A stretch of DNA of 54,189 bases from Escherichia coli. GTDB lineage: Bacteria; Pseudomonadota; Gammaproteobacteria; Enterobacterales; Enterobacteriaceae. A program made the position numbers and the translations under genes. Of this stretch, positions 41,270-54,189 are shown piece by piece. The first letter of the stretch is position 1. Each line of letters opens with the position of its first letter. The stretch is taken from assembly GCF_003334335.1 (NCBI RefSeq), contig NZ_QOWQ01000032.1; one strand, written 5' to 3'. The notes beneath the pieces were generated by a model that was not told the origin of the DNA, ran no database searches, and saw only the letters and a program-made list of their open reading frames with translations.

Positions 41270-44200
41270 TTAACCGCTAATCTGCTCCATCGCCTGCAAA
41301 ATACGCTTATCTGAAATCGGATAAGGCGTACCAAGTTGTTGAGCGAAGTAACTAACGCGCAACTCTTCTATCATCCAACGGATCTCTTTCACGTCTTCAT
41401 CCTCACGACGTGCGGGCGGCAGTTTGTTGATCCATTGCTGCCACGCCTGCTGGACGTTTTCGACTTTCAGCATCTGCGCACGGTCGCGATGTGGATCAAC
41501 CGCCAGTTTTTCCAGCCGTTTTTCAATCGCCTGCAAATATCGCAGCGTGTCGCCCAGCCGTTTGAAGCCGTTACCAGTGACAAAACCGCGATATACCAAC
41601 CCGCCCATCTGCGCTTTAATGTCAGAAAGCCCCAGCGCCATGGTCATATCCACCCGCCCTTTCAGACGTTTGTTGATATTGAACACTGCCGTAAGGATTT
41701 GCTCGACCTGCTTCGCAATATCCACCACCGTGTCGTTCAGTTCGGCACGCACTTTTTCATGCAGCGCAGCAAAGCCTTCTTCCGTCCAGACCGGGCCACC
41801 ATTGGCGTCGATCAATTTATCCACACCGCAGGAGATACAGTCGTCGATCAGCTCCAGCACTTTGCCATACGGGTTAAAGTACAGTCCCAGCTTGGCTTTG
41901 TTCGGTAACTTTTCATGTAAATATTTGATTGGCGATGGAATATTCAGCAGCAGTAGACGGCGAAGACCGTTCCACATTGCCTGCTTTTGCTCCAGCGGGT
42001 TATCAAACAGTTTGATCGCCACACTGTCGCGCTCATCCACCAGCGCCGGCCACGCCTTCACTTTGTAGTTGCCACGCTTCTGTTCGTAGCTTTCCGGCAG
42101 CTGACCAAAACTCCAGATATGTAAGCCGCTCTGCTCGATACCGTCATCCGCCACCGCAGATAGCGTTTCCTGCACTTTGCCTTTCAGCGCATCTTTCAGA
42201 TCTTGTAGCGAGCGCCCTTCTTTTAGCTTCTTGTTTTTGTCATCCACCACGCGGAAGGTAATTTTCAGGTGATCGGGCACCTGATCCCAGTGCCAGTCTT
42301 CGCGGTCAACGGTAACGCCGGTCATCCGCCGTAACTCGCGCTCAAGGCTGTCGAGCAACGGTAACTCCAGCGGTTTGACGCGGCCTAAAAACGCTTCGGC
42401 ATAGTTTGGCGCGGGTACAAAATTACGGCGTACCGGTTTCGGCAACGATTTAATCAGAGCAATCACCAGTTCGCGGCGCAGACCGGGGATCTGCCATTCA
42501 AACCCGCTTTCCTCAACCTGGTTAAGTAACGGCAGCGGAATATGTACGGTCACACCGTCAGCATCCGCGCCGGGCTCAAACTGATAGCTCAAACGCAGCT
42601 TGAGATTGCCCTGATGCCAGAAGTTCGGGTAATCCAGCTTGCTGATTTTTTCTGCGCCCTCTTTGATCAACATGCTTTTTTCAAAGTTGAGCAAATCAGG
42701 CGTTTCGCGGCTGACTTTTTTCCACCAGCTGTCGAAGTGGCGAGCGGAGATTACATCGTGGCTGATGCGCTGGTCGTAGAACTCAAACAACGTTTCGTCA
42801 TCAACCAGAATATCGCGGCGACGTGATTTGTGTTCCAGCTCTTCTACTTCCGCCCGTAGTTTCAGGTTTTCACGGAAGAATGCGTGACGCGTCTGCCAGT
42901 CACCTTCCACCAGCGCGTGGCGAATAAAGAGTTCACGACATAACGCCGGATCGATCTGGCTGTAGTTGACCTTGCGCGCGGCAACAATCGGCAAACCATA
43001 AACAGTGACTTTTTCCGTTGCCATCACCGCGCCCTGCGCCCGTTCCCAGTGCGGTTCGCTGTAGGTGCGTTTAATCAAATGCTGAGCAACTGGCTCCACC
43101 CATTCCGGGTCGATACGCGCAGCAATGCGCCCCCACAGGCGGCTGGTTTCTACCAGTTCCGCCACCATTACCCATTTAGGCGGTTTTTTGAATAAACCAG
43201 AACCGGGGAAGATGGAGAAACGCGCGTTACGTGCGCCGGTATATTCTTGTTTATCGGCATCTTTCATGCCGATATGGGAAAGTAAACCGGTCAGCAACGC
43301 AATGTGAATTTCGCGATACTCCGCCGGTTCGCTGTTAACCGGAATGCCAAGTTCTTTCACCACCTGACGCAACTGGGTGTAGATATCCTGCCATTCGCGC
43401 ACGCGCAGATAGTTGAGATAATCGGTACGACACAGGCGACGGAAGGCGTTGGAAGAAAGCGCCTTTTGCTGCTCGCCAAGATAATTCCACAGATTCACAA
43501 ACGCGAGAAAGTCAGACTCTTTGTCGTGGAAGCGACGATGTTTTTCGTCCGATGCCTGCTGTTTGTCCATCGGACGTTCGCGCGGATCCTGAATGGAGAG
43601 CGCGGACGTGATAATCATCGCCTCACGCACGCAGCCATGTTTTTGCGCTTCCAGCACCATACGCGCCAGACGTGGGTCGACAGGCAACTGCGAGAGCTGG
43701 CGACCGAGCGGCGTCAGTTTATAGGCGCTGGCCTGTTCATCAGTGGTGATCGCGCCCAGCTCTTCGAGCAGACGCACGCCATCCTGGATATTGCGTTTAT
43801 CCGGTGCTTCGACAAACGGGAACGCAGCGATATCGCCCAGCCCCAGCGCGGTCATCTGCAAAATAACCGAGGCCAGGTTGGTACGCAGAATCTCCGGATC
43901 GGTAAACTCCGGGCGCGAGAGGAAATCGTCTTCGGAATAGAGACGAATACAGATCCCTTCGGACACACGACCACAGCGGCCTTTACGCTGATTGGCAGAC
44001 GCCTGGGAAATCGGCTCAATCGGCAAACGCTGCACTTTGGTGCGATAGCTGTAGCGGCTGATACGCGCTGTACCGGGGTCGATAACGTATTTAATCCCCG
44101 GTACGGTCAGCGACGTTTCCGCGACGTTGGTCGCCAGCACAATGCGCCGTCCGCTGTGCGACTGGAATACCCTATTTTGTTCGCTGTTCGAAAGCCGCGC

Positions 44201-45172
44201 ATAAAGCGGCAAGATTTCGGTATGGCGTAAGTTCAGCTTGTTCAGCGCATCGGCGGTATCGCGGATTTCCCGCTCGCCGCTCATAAAGATCAGAATGTCG
44301 CCATGGCTTTCCTGACTCAGTTCGTCTACGGCGTCAAAAATCGCCTGCAACTGATCGCGCTCGGTGTCATCGGCTTCTTCAACAATCGGGCGATAGCGCA
44401 CTTCCACCGGATAGGTCCGACCGGAGACTTCAATAATCGGCGCATTATTAAAGTGGCGCGAAAAGCGTTCCGGGTCGATAGTCGCGGAAGTGATAATGAT
44501 TTTTAGGTCAGGACGCCGCGGCAGCAACTCTTTCAAATAGCCGAGCAAAAAATCGATATTCAGGCTGCGTTCGTGCGCTTCGTCAATAATGATAGTGTCG
44601 TACTGCATCAGCAGGCGGTCTTGCTGGATCTCCGCCAGCAGGATACCGTCGGTCATCAGCTTGACCATCGTGTTATCACTTACGTGATCGCTGAAACGCA
44701 CTTTGTAACCGATGCAACCGCCCGGCTCCGTTTTCAGCTCTTCCGCAATACGGTTCGCCACTGTTCTTGCCGCCAGACGACGCGGCTGGGTATGGCCGAT
44801 CAGTCCTTTAATCCCGCGCCCCAGCTCCATACAGATTTTCGGTAACTGAGTCGTTTTACCAGAACCCGTTTCCCCGGCGACGATCACCACCTGGTGATCA
44901 CGAATCGCTTCGAGAATGTCCTGTTTTTTCTGACTAACCGGTAAATTGTCAGGATAAGTAATTTCCGGTCGTGCCGCTTCACGCAGCAGGACTTTCCCTG
45001 CCGCCTGGTCAATCTCTTTCGCCATCTCCTGGAAAATGGCCTGTTGTGCATCAGGATTTTTAACCTTCTTCACGCCGTGCAGACGGCGAGAAAAACGCAG
45101 TCTGTCACGCAGCATCAGCGAATCCAGCCGCTGCTGCAAGGCCGTAAAGGTCAATTTTTGTTGTTCTGTCAT
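41270..45172 (-). CDS. hrpA: ATP-dependent RNA helicase HrpA (DEAH-box)
   Basis: 1300-aa ORF with Walker A GETGSGKTTQ and DEAH box IIIDEAHERSL. Confidence 0.9.
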   Translation of the reverse strand: MTEQQKLTFTALQQRLDSLMLRDRLRFSRRLHGVKKVKNPDAQQAIFQEMAKEIDQAAGKVLLREAARPEITYPDNLPVSQKKQDILEAIRDHQVVIVAGETGSGKTTQLPKICMELGRGIKGLIGHTQPRRLAARTVANRIAEELKTEPGGCIGYKVRFSDHVSDNTMVKLMTDGILLAEIQQDRLLMQYDTIIIDEAHERSLNIDFLLGYLKELLPRRPDLKIIITSATIDPERFSRHFNNAPIIEVSGRTYPVEVRYRPIVEEADDTERDQLQAIFDAVDELSQESHGDILIFMSGEREIRDTADALNKLNLRHTEILPLYARLSNSEQNRVFQSHSGRRIVLATNVAETSLTVPGIKYVIDPGTARISRYSYRTKVQRLPIEPISQASANQRKGRCGRVSEGICIRLYSEDDFLSRPEFTDPEILRTNLASVILQMTALGLGDIAAFPFVEAPDKRNIQDGVRLLEELGAITTDEQASAYKLTPLGRQLSQLPVDPRLARMVLEAQKHGCVREAMIITSALSIQDPRERPMDKQQASDEKHRRFHDKESDFLAFVNLWNYLGEQQKALSSNAFRRLCRTDYLNYLRVREWQDIYTQLRQVVKELGIPVNSEPAEYREIHIALLTGLLSHIGMKDADKQEYTGARNARFSIFPGSGLFKKPPKWVMVAELVETSRLWGRIAARIDPEWVEPVAQHLIKRTYSEPHWERAQGAVMATEKVTVYGLPIVAARKVNYSQIDPALCRELFIRHALVEGDWQTRHAFFRENLKLRAEVEELEHKSRRRDILVDDETLFEFYDQRISHDVISARHFDSWWKKVSRETPDLLNFEKSMLIKEGAEKISKLDYPNFWHQGNLKLRLSYQFEPGADADGVTVHIPLPLLNQVEESGFEWQIPGLRRELVIALIKSLPKPVRRNFVPAPNYAEAFLGRVKPLELPLLDSLERELRRMTGVTVDREDWHWDQVPDHLKITFRVVDDKNKKLKEGRSLQDLKDALKGKVQETLSAVADDGIEQSGLHIWSFGQLPESYEQKRGNYKVKAWPALVDERDSVAIKLFDNPLEQKQAMWNGLRRLLLLNIPSPIKYLHEKLPNKAKLGLYFNPYGKVLELIDDCISCGVDKLIDANGGPVWTEEGFAALHEKVRAELNDTVVDIAKQVEQILTAVFNINKRLKGRVDMTMALGLSDIKAQMGGLVYRGFVTGNGFKRLGDTLRYLQAIEKRLEKLAVDPHRDRAQMLKVENVQQAWQQWINKLPPARREDEDVKEIRWMIEELRVSYFAQQLGTPYPISDKRILQAMEQISG

Positions 45173-45363
45173 AACGTTAGTGGGCAGTAGTCTGCCTGAT
45201 TAATTTTCTTTTAAATGATAGATATAGAGTACCACATCGCGGCTTTCTATGCGTTGTTCAATAAATTCGAACATAGGCTTCGATTTATTGCGCTATCTCT
45301 GTGGCAGGATTGTGAATAAAGTGTCAACAAGCAACGGGGCATCGCCCATTCAAACATCTATAA

Positions 45364-45978
<615 letters not shown>

Positions 45979-45995
45979 CCGGACACGGTCTTGAT

Positions 45996-46019
45996 GTGGA
46001 CTGTAGATATTCAGTCCAC
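45996..46019. terminator. hairpin between convergent azoR and ynbD
   Basis: gtggactg-tagatatt-cagtccac. Weak U-tract. Confidence 0.4.
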
Positions 46020-46031
46020 ATCTCAATCCAC

Positions 46032-49095
<3,064 letters not shown>

Positions 49096-49110
49096 TTTCT
49101 CTATTTTCCT

Positions 49111-50007
49111 TCAGTAACAGCAGTAGCGTATAAAATAAAAAAATACCGGAGCGGTGAAAATTAATGAGTCAATCCTGTCAAGGAGTCCGCCATGTCCTGG
49201 CAATAGTTTTCCGCTATCTTTAACACCAATATCTCGTTTGATGGCTGACATCACGACATCGCCGCAAAAACCACTAATACCAATTAACAAACCCGCTAAT
49301 AATGCCTGTAATGTATTTAGCGGTGTCAGTAACGGTCCGATAATCAGTGACGCAATCATGATGGTGATGACGCCGCCCATCAGACCTTCCAATGTTTTTC
49401 CCGGGCTGACTTTAGGGACCACTTTTCTTCTGCCGCAGGATTTTCCCCATAAATACTGTGCAATATCGTTTGACTCGGTTAATGCCAAAAGAAATAACAC
49501 CAGTAACGCCCCGCCCTGGATATTTGTGGTTGGCAACATTAATAACCAGGCGGCATGACTCAAGGCGAAAACGGTCATTATCCAGCCCCAAAAAATGGCG
49601 CTCACGGTATGCAGAAAACCAGAGGGGTCACCCACTAAAACTTGCCCAGTGGCTAATATCAGAAACCCAGCCAAAGGTATAAATAACAGAAACAGCTCAA
49701 AGCAATTAAAACCGATAAGCAAATAGTTAAGAGGAATACCCCAATATAACCAACGCGGAAAATGTACAGATATAAGCGTACAATATTCTTTCAATGCCAG
49801 AAAACTTATCAGCGCAAAAAACGTCAACGTCATCCAGCGTGGACCTGAAATCACCATTGAAAAACAAATGACGATGCCCCACCAGGTACGAATACGTAAT
49901 GTAACCTCACCCCCTTTTCTCTCCGGTAACCGCCATAGCAGAAAACGGTTTATCAGCGTTGCTAAAATTAACAACGCGAAAAGTGTTGCCAGAGATTTTC
50001 CCAGCAT
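49111..50007 (-). CDS. ynbB: CdsA-paralog CDP-diglyceride synthase-like protein
   Basis: 298-aa ORF with the cytidylyltransferase signature SAIKRDIGVKDSGKLLPGHGGLLDRIDS. Confidence 0.85.
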   Translation of the reverse strand: MLGKSLATLFALLILATLINRFLLWRLPERKGGEVTLRIRTWWGIVICFSMVISGPRWMTLTFFALISFLALKEYCTLISVHFPRWLYWGIPLNYLLIGFNCFELFLLFIPLAGFLILATGQVLVGDPSGFLHTVSAIFWGWIMTVFALSHAAWLLMLPTTNIQGGALLVLFLLALTESNDIAQYLWGKSCGRRKVVPKVSPGKTLEGLMGGVITIMIASLIIGPLLTPLNTLQALLAGLLIGISGFCGDVVMSAIKRDIGVKDSGKLLPGHGGLLDRIDSLIFTAPVFFYFIRYCCY

Positions 50008-50612
50008 TATATTTCAGCGCTCATAAGAAGCACACTCCGACAACGATTAATCGCAGTCCAGAGAAGCAGAATTGAAGCAATGCTCCATAAAAGATTATTC
50101 CACTGCATCCACTGTGGATAAATGGCAACGGCCAGACCCCACAGACCAAATATTAACGCGCGATCGCTTTTGCCAAATGGACCGGCATAACTGCGAACAC
50201 CGTTAATCGTCTGCGCGAGTAAACCGCAAAACTCGGTCAATATGGTGCAAAATAACATGAGTATCACGAGTGATGCGTTACTTTCCGGTAAAAATAAAAA
50301 TGGTAAATAGAGCGCAATATCGGAAATAACATCGCCAGTCTCATTCAAAATCGCCCCCAGACGTGTTTGCTGGTTGCACTCACGCGCCAACATGCCATCC
50401 AGCGCATTGAGCGCCATACGGATAAAAAGCACGATGGGCAATAGCAAAAAGAGGATGGGTTGTGCCGCCAACATCAACAGCAATCCGGTAAGAAGAGAAA
50501 GCGCCAGTGCAGCAAGAGTGATGTGATTCGCTGTAACGTGGTGCTTATAAAGCCAAAACATCGTCGGCCTTAACAGCGACTGAAAGAGCGGTTTTATCTG
50601 GTAGAGCGTCAT
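50007..50612 (-). CDS. ynbA: CDP-alcohol phosphatidyltransferase family protein
   Basis: DGMLAR...G...D...D motif. ATG at 50610-50612 gives MTLYQIKPLFQ... of 201 aa. Confidence 0.85.
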   Translation of the reverse strand: MTLYQIKPLFQSLLRPTMFWLYKHHVTANHITLAALALSLLTGLLLMLAAQPILFLLLPIVLFIRMALNALDGMLARECNQQTRLGAILNETGDVISDIALYLPFLFLPESNASLVILMLFCTILTEFCGLLAQTINGVRSYAGPFGKSDRALIFGLWGLAVAIYPQWMQWNNLLWSIASILLLWTAINRCRSVLLMSAEI

Positions 50613-50782
50613 TATCAATCCTTGATAATTCGGTTTGCGCTATGGTGCATCAATTCCCCTGACGGAGATATCGCAACACGCCGTTTCATTAAAAATTCAG
50701 AATATATCAAGGTATTGGGGACTCACTGTCAGGAATGATTATCCCCAATTAATCAGATAGTTAAAAAACATTACGTTGTGGA

Positions 50783-53089
50783 TCAATACAACTCATCAAG
50801 TTTTCTCATCGCTTGTTCCCGTATTGCGCGCGTCTTACCGTTAAGCGCCAGCTGGCGGACTAAATCCAGTTCAGGGTTAACAAGCTCTAACGCCAGCAAA
50901 GGATCACGTTTCAGCCTCGCCTTTAATACATCAACTGGAAAACGGGGATTATTCATCGCCACAATCCACCACTCGGGATCAATTTCTGCCGCCAGTACTG
51001 CAGGCGGTGTGTGGCGGTTGTTAAGTGCGCCGAACTTGAAAAATGTGAGATTGCTTTTCGCCAGTGTACTCCACCATATACGATCCGGTTGTTTTGCCAG
51101 TACATCCAGTTGTGCTAACGCATCGGGGTCTAGTGCATAATAAACACGTAACGCTTCGTCAACCTGCGCACGGGAACTGTTTTCCTGCCTCAGAAAAAAC
51201 TTCGCCCAAATATCATTGCGTGGCGTGTTTTGCTGTAATTCCTTGAGAACAACAGCGGGTAAATTATCCCAACTAATTAATGCACTCTCTAAAAAGTCCC
51301 AGTCGTCCGAACGTATCAGGGCGGTGGCATTTAATAGCATCTGGTCATCAACTTCGCCGTGGCTAATCAGCTCAGACAAAATCATATCAGCGCTGGTTTC
51401 ATATGCATCTGAATCTGCTTTCGGATTATTTTTCCGATGCGATAAAGCACGTTGCCAAATTTTTTGTTTCATCGACGTGCTCAGATACTGATTTTTCGCC
51501 AGATTACTCCACCCTTCAGGATCGTTGAAACGTGTCAATAACCGTTGTAAAGCAGCGTCAGAGTGAATTACCTGCATATCCCGACAGCAAAAGTAGGCCG
51601 GGGATTTTTTCTCCATCCTTTTAACAAAATTAAACTGTAAGTTATCTGGCAATGCTAAAAATAACACACGTATTAGATCATCGTCATTCTCGAATTTTTG
51701 GTATAAATAGCCTGCAACTTTGTCACTCTCTTGTGGCGTCATCCGCAACAATTGACCATGGTGTTTCATCTCTGCCAGCTTGAACGCTAAGCTTGTGACA
51801 ACATTGTTTGATGAATCGTTCGCCAACTGCATTGCCTGATTGTAGGTGAGTTGTCCTCCAGCACCGACCTGACGAATAGAGGAATCATCACTGCGGATAT
51901 AGCCATCAATAATGGATTCAGGCAATAACCACGCATCTTTATAAAGCTCCTGAATGATCATATCCCAATCTCTTTTCGCCAGAGTCATGACGATATCCAG
52001 AGGGAGATTTTCACGTAGCGCAAGATTCAACGGACCGACACCATCAGGTAGACGACTCATTCGCGTCATTATTTCGACAGAGAGCGGTTCACGGTCGAGC
52101 AACCCCAGAACAACAGGCTGGTAACCCAATTGCTGATCGGTCAACTCCAGAATCTCATTGTCAGGCATATATCTCGCCATACTTTCAATCGTTTGTTCAT
52201 CATTGCTATTAATAAGTTGTTTGCGTAGGTTAGCTGAAATTCCTTTAAGCCTTGGGAGAGTTCGCATTACGGCAAGATCAAATGTCGCAATGTCTCGTCC
52301 TTCAAATGCAGCAACTTTGCCTTCATCCAGCATTTGCAATTCTTGCACTAACTCAGGAGAAGGCTTAGGGCGAAACAGCGCTTCTTTTTTCATCTGATTA
52401 CAGACATTCCCTGCCATGCGAATATTGCTTCGCTTAAAAATTTCTTTCAGAGCATCTTCATCATTAATTAGCCCCCAATAATATGCATCAGGATTTATTA
52501 TCATCAGCGCTTTTTTGACATTTTCAGTGTCATGTTTGTCACTCGCACGGACCATGAATTCACTATTTGTCGAAGACGCAACAACAGGTGCAATTATGTC
52601 ATTGATAAATATCCCACGCGCATTAATACTCCCCTTAATCGTAGACGGATTATCGTAATATGAGTCGATAAATACCAGTCCACTTGCATTTATCGAACCG
52701 GTAATTAACAGTGGTGAATCCGCAACTATATTCGTTGCCGTCACGTTACCGAGAATAACCCATGGATTAGAAAGAGAGAAAGTGGAAATATTACCTTTGA
52801 CTGTCAAATTCCCAAGAACAATCAATTTTTGATTACTCTCTATATTACCTTCTACCACTAAATCGCCACGATGCACTTTCCAGTTCGATGCAGATAAACC
52901 GAAGGGGACAAGATTCACGCTACTGTTGATAGCTTGTTCAACTTGTTGTTTATCTTCAGCGGTAGCCGCAGAAAAAAATGATTCAATATCAACTGCATTT
53001 GCAACACATCGAAGTTCCGCCTGTACTGGTAGACTCAGCATAAACAGGGGCAGTAAACGTATCCAGCCGCAATTCCTGGCCTTAAACAT
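50783..53089 (-). CDS. ydbD: large secreted protein of unknown function
   Basis: ATG at 53087-53089 gives MFKARNCGWIRLLPLFMLSLPVQA (signal peptide), 768 aa. Confidence 0.85.
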   Translation of the reverse strand: MFKARNCGWIRLLPLFMLSLPVQAELRCVANAVDIESFFSAATAEDKQQVEQAINSSVNLVPFGLSASNWKVHRGDLVVEGNIESNQKLIVLGNLTVKGNISTFSLSNPWVILGNVTATNIVADSPLLITGSINASGLVFIDSYYDNPSTIKGSINARGIFINDIIAPVVASSTNSEFMVRASDKHDTENVKKALMIINPDAYYWGLINDEDALKEIFKRSNIRMAGNVCNQMKKEALFRPKPSPELVQELQMLDEGKVAAFEGRDIATFDLAVMRTLPRLKGISANLRKQLINSNDEQTIESMARYMPDNEILELTDQQLGYQPVVLGLLDREPLSVEIMTRMSRLPDGVGPLNLALRENLPLDIVMTLAKRDWDMIIQELYKDAWLLPESIIDGYIRSDDSSIRQVGAGGQLTYNQAMQLANDSSNNVVTSLAFKLAEMKHHGQLLRMTPQESDKVAGYLYQKFENDDDLIRVLFLALPDNLQFNFVKRMEKKSPAYFCCRDMQVIHSDAALQRLLTRFNDPEGWSNLAKNQYLSTSMKQKIWQRALSHRKNNPKADSDAYETSADMILSELISHGEVDDQMLLNATALIRSDDWDFLESALISWDNLPAVVLKELQQNTPRNDIWAKFFLRQENSSRAQVDEALRVYYALDPDALAQLDVLAKQPDRIWWSTLAKSNLTFFKFGALNNRHTPPAVLAAEIDPEWWIVAMNNPRFPVDVLKARLKRDPLLALELVNPELDLVRQLALNGKTRAIREQAMRKLDELY

Positions 53090-53110
53090 ATGCACTCCAT
53101 GCCATTAAAA

Positions 53111-53141
53111 AAGAAAAAAAGGGAAATGCATCTTTCCCTTT
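53111..53141 (-). terminator. intrinsic terminator of ydbC
   Basis: aaagggaaa-tgcatc-tttcccttt with a U-run on the minus strand. Confidence 0.5.
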
Positions 53142-53151
53142 TGTATATTCG

Positions 53152-54012
53152 TTATTCTCGCGAAATACCATCCAACGTAGACAACACTTCCTCAGAAAGA
53201 TGCAATTTTTCAGCAGCCATATTCTCCCGTAAATGCGCAACCGAAGACGTCCCTGGGATCAGCAAAATATTCGGTGAACGCTGTAACAGCCACGCCAGCG
53301 CCACCTGCATTGGTGTTGCACCCAGGCTCGCAGCAACATCGGAAAGTGTGGACGATTGCAGCGGTGTAAAGCCCCCGAGCGGGAAGAACGGCACGTAGGC
53401 AATGCCATCGTGGGCCAAAGCATCAATCATTGCATCATCAGCACGGTGCGCGATGTTGTATTCGTTTTGCACACAGACAATTTCGGCAATCTTGCGCGCC
53501 TCTGCAACCTGCGTCGGTGTGACGTTGCTCAGGCCAATATGTTTTACCAGGCCTTGTTGTTGCATCTCTGCCAGCACGGTCAGGCTGGCCTCAATCGATC
53601 CTTCCGCTGGGCCATGACCATCCCCCATCATAACGCGCAGGTTAACCACATCCAGCACGTCCAGCCCGAGATTACGTAGATTATCGTGCACCGCTTTTTG
53701 CAGCTCTGCCGGAGAAAATGCGGGCAACCAGGATGCGTCCTCTCCACGCCGCGCACCAATTTTAGTGACAATTGTCAGGTCGTCAGAGTAAGGATAAAGC
53801 GCTTCGCGGATAATCTGATTGGTGACGTGCGGACCATAAAAGTCGCTGGTATCAATATGATTGACGCCCAATGCCAGCGCCTCACGCAGCACGGTTATAG
53901 CGACGTGGCGATCTCGTGGGGGGCCAAAAACTCCAGGACCTGCCAGTTGCATCGCGCCATAACCAAGACGGTTAACGGATTTTGTACCGAGAGTAAATGT
54001 ATTGCTGCTCAT
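53152..54012 (-). CDS. pdxI: aldo-keto reductase (pyridoxine 4-dehydrogenase PdxI)
   Basis: 286-aa ORF with AKR fold (GINHIDTSDFYG) matching YdbC. Confidence 0.85.
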   Translation of the reverse strand: MSSNTFTLGTKSVNRLGYGAMQLAGPGVFGPPRDRHVAITVLREALALGVNHIDTSDFYGPHVTNQIIREALYPYSDDLTIVTKIGARRGEDASWLPAFSPAELQKAVHDNLRNLGLDVLDVVNLRVMMGDGHGPAEGSIEASLTVLAEMQQQGLVKHIGLSNVTPTQVAEARKIAEIVCVQNEYNIAHRADDAMIDALAHDGIAYVPFFPLGGFTPLQSSTLSDVAASLGATPMQVALAWLLQRSPNILLIPGTSSVAHLRENMAAEKLHLSEEVLSTLDGISRE

Positions 54013-54189
54013 CGCACCCTGCCCTGTAATAAAACGGATTAAGAAAAATCAGTATAGAAACGAAAAGAGATAAATAATGCGAAGGTGTAAACAAGATTAC
54101 TGGATGAGTTGCGAGCCTGTACATAGATTTGTGTAATTGCCTGATTTTGATATGTTCAATCCAGCATCAAATGAAGGTTAATTTATGGA

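Noticed and set aside
43304-44230. 308-aa plus-strand ORF (with further ORFs at 41336-41908 and 41424-42068)
   Set aside because: Lies entirely antisense within hrpA, which carries clear helicase motifs on the minus strand. No independent motifs or ribosome-binding site. This is a long-gene antisense artefact.

Overview
This window reads as a contiguous stretch of Escherichia coli K-12-like chromosome, in reverse-complement orientation relative to the reference map, running from the rhsE/yncH/yncG/ansP end to ydbD/ydbC(pdxI). Gene identities come from my recollection of protein sequences and lengths matched against the ORF track; no database search was run. I found no CRISPR array, rRNA or tRNA, and no ORF larger than 100 aa that is left unexplained once known genes are placed, so I do not see evidence for a wholly undescribed system. 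Most long ORFs in the track on the opposite strand of known genes are antisense artefacts, and many track ORFs are over-extended at the 5' end because the longest GTG/TTG start was taken; I give corrected starts where I recognise the protein. The content is roughly 50 protein genes, including ansP, yncE/yncD, mcbR, curA, mnaT, the ydcR-ydcSTUV-patD polyamine/ABC cluster, ydcP(rlhA), tehAB, opgD, trg, cybB, aldA, hrpA, azoR and ynbABCD. The most interesting features are: an IS200/IS605-family element (IS609) with an intact TnpB and a frameshifted TnpA, bracketed by two matching subterminal hairpins; three toxin loci (hicAB, hokB/mokB/sokB, ortT); the sRNA rydC; a gapC pseudogene; a vgrG-Rhs fusion remnant beside an AT-rich island; and the incompletely characterised ynbABCD lipid operon.
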